Both the position numbers and the translations under genes were made by a program. A stretch of 60,000 nucleotides of DNA from Botryllus schlosseri (taxonomy: Eukaryota), in NCBI GenBank assembly GCA_051294905.1, contig CM119371.1, positions 34,908,001 to 34,968,000 on the forward strand, read 5' to 3'. Below, one piece after another: positions 59,639 through 60,000 of this stretch. Each line of letters starts with the position of its first letter. Position 1 is the first letter of the stretch. The notes beneath the pieces are model-generated. The model made no database searches. It was not told where the DNA came from and saw nothing but the letters and a program-made list of their open reading frames with translations.

Positions 59639-59870
59639 ATGGACTCGGAAGACAAGATACAGAAACTGACCTTCTCGGTAAGTGTTATCTATTTTTGCAA
59701 AAATACGCGGCCTTGACCAATTTTTCTCGCGTCCGCAGCCGATGATAGAGACGCCAGACTCGAAAAAAGATGGCGTGTCTGTGGAGAGGAGTTATCAGAA
59801 AAAAACACAGTTGGAACATATTTTACTCCGGCCAGATACTTATATCGGATCTGTTGAGACCGTGACACAG
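59639..59870 (+). CDS. TOP2: Second TOP2 copy, exons 1-2 (59639-59677, 59739-59870); gene or pseudogene, continues beyond window
   Basis: [13 protein letters not shown] / [44 protein letters not shown]; same 61-nt intron; in-frame 15-nt deletion vs copy 1. Confidence 0.85.
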
Positions 59871-60000
59871 GTTTGTTTATTGTTTCTAATCAAGTATCAA
59901 TGGATTCAAATTAGCTTTTTTTTTGTTATATTAGTTATTCACGAATCGCCTTGCACATTCTTTGCTGTTTGCTCATGATTCCACATTTTATTGCTTCTGC

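Overview
AT-rich, transposon-dense animal (invertebrate-like) genomic DNA. Bases 1-27.9 kb hold the 5' 21 exons (893 codons, all GT-AG introns, frame continuous) of a DNA topoisomerase II gene on the minus strand, which runs off the left edge. A second, diverged TOP2 copy starts on the plus strand at 59639, so the two are head-to-head. TOP2 introns host three apparently intact and one degenerate box C/D RNAs whose guide matches the elongator tRNA-Met anticodon loop (SNORD97/SCARNA97-like). They also hold many hAT-type MITEs and a satellite-bearing element that tends to lie near 3' splice sites. The intergenic region contains a 17.4-kb nested transposon stack: an old LINE split by a hAT element, which holds a CACTA-like element, which holds an intact two-ORF LINE. 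It also contains a ~5.6-kb interrupted palindrome, tRNA-derived SINEs, and a hAT transposase relic of a type I associate with oomycetes, diatoms and mosses. All calls were made by eye, with no database searches.
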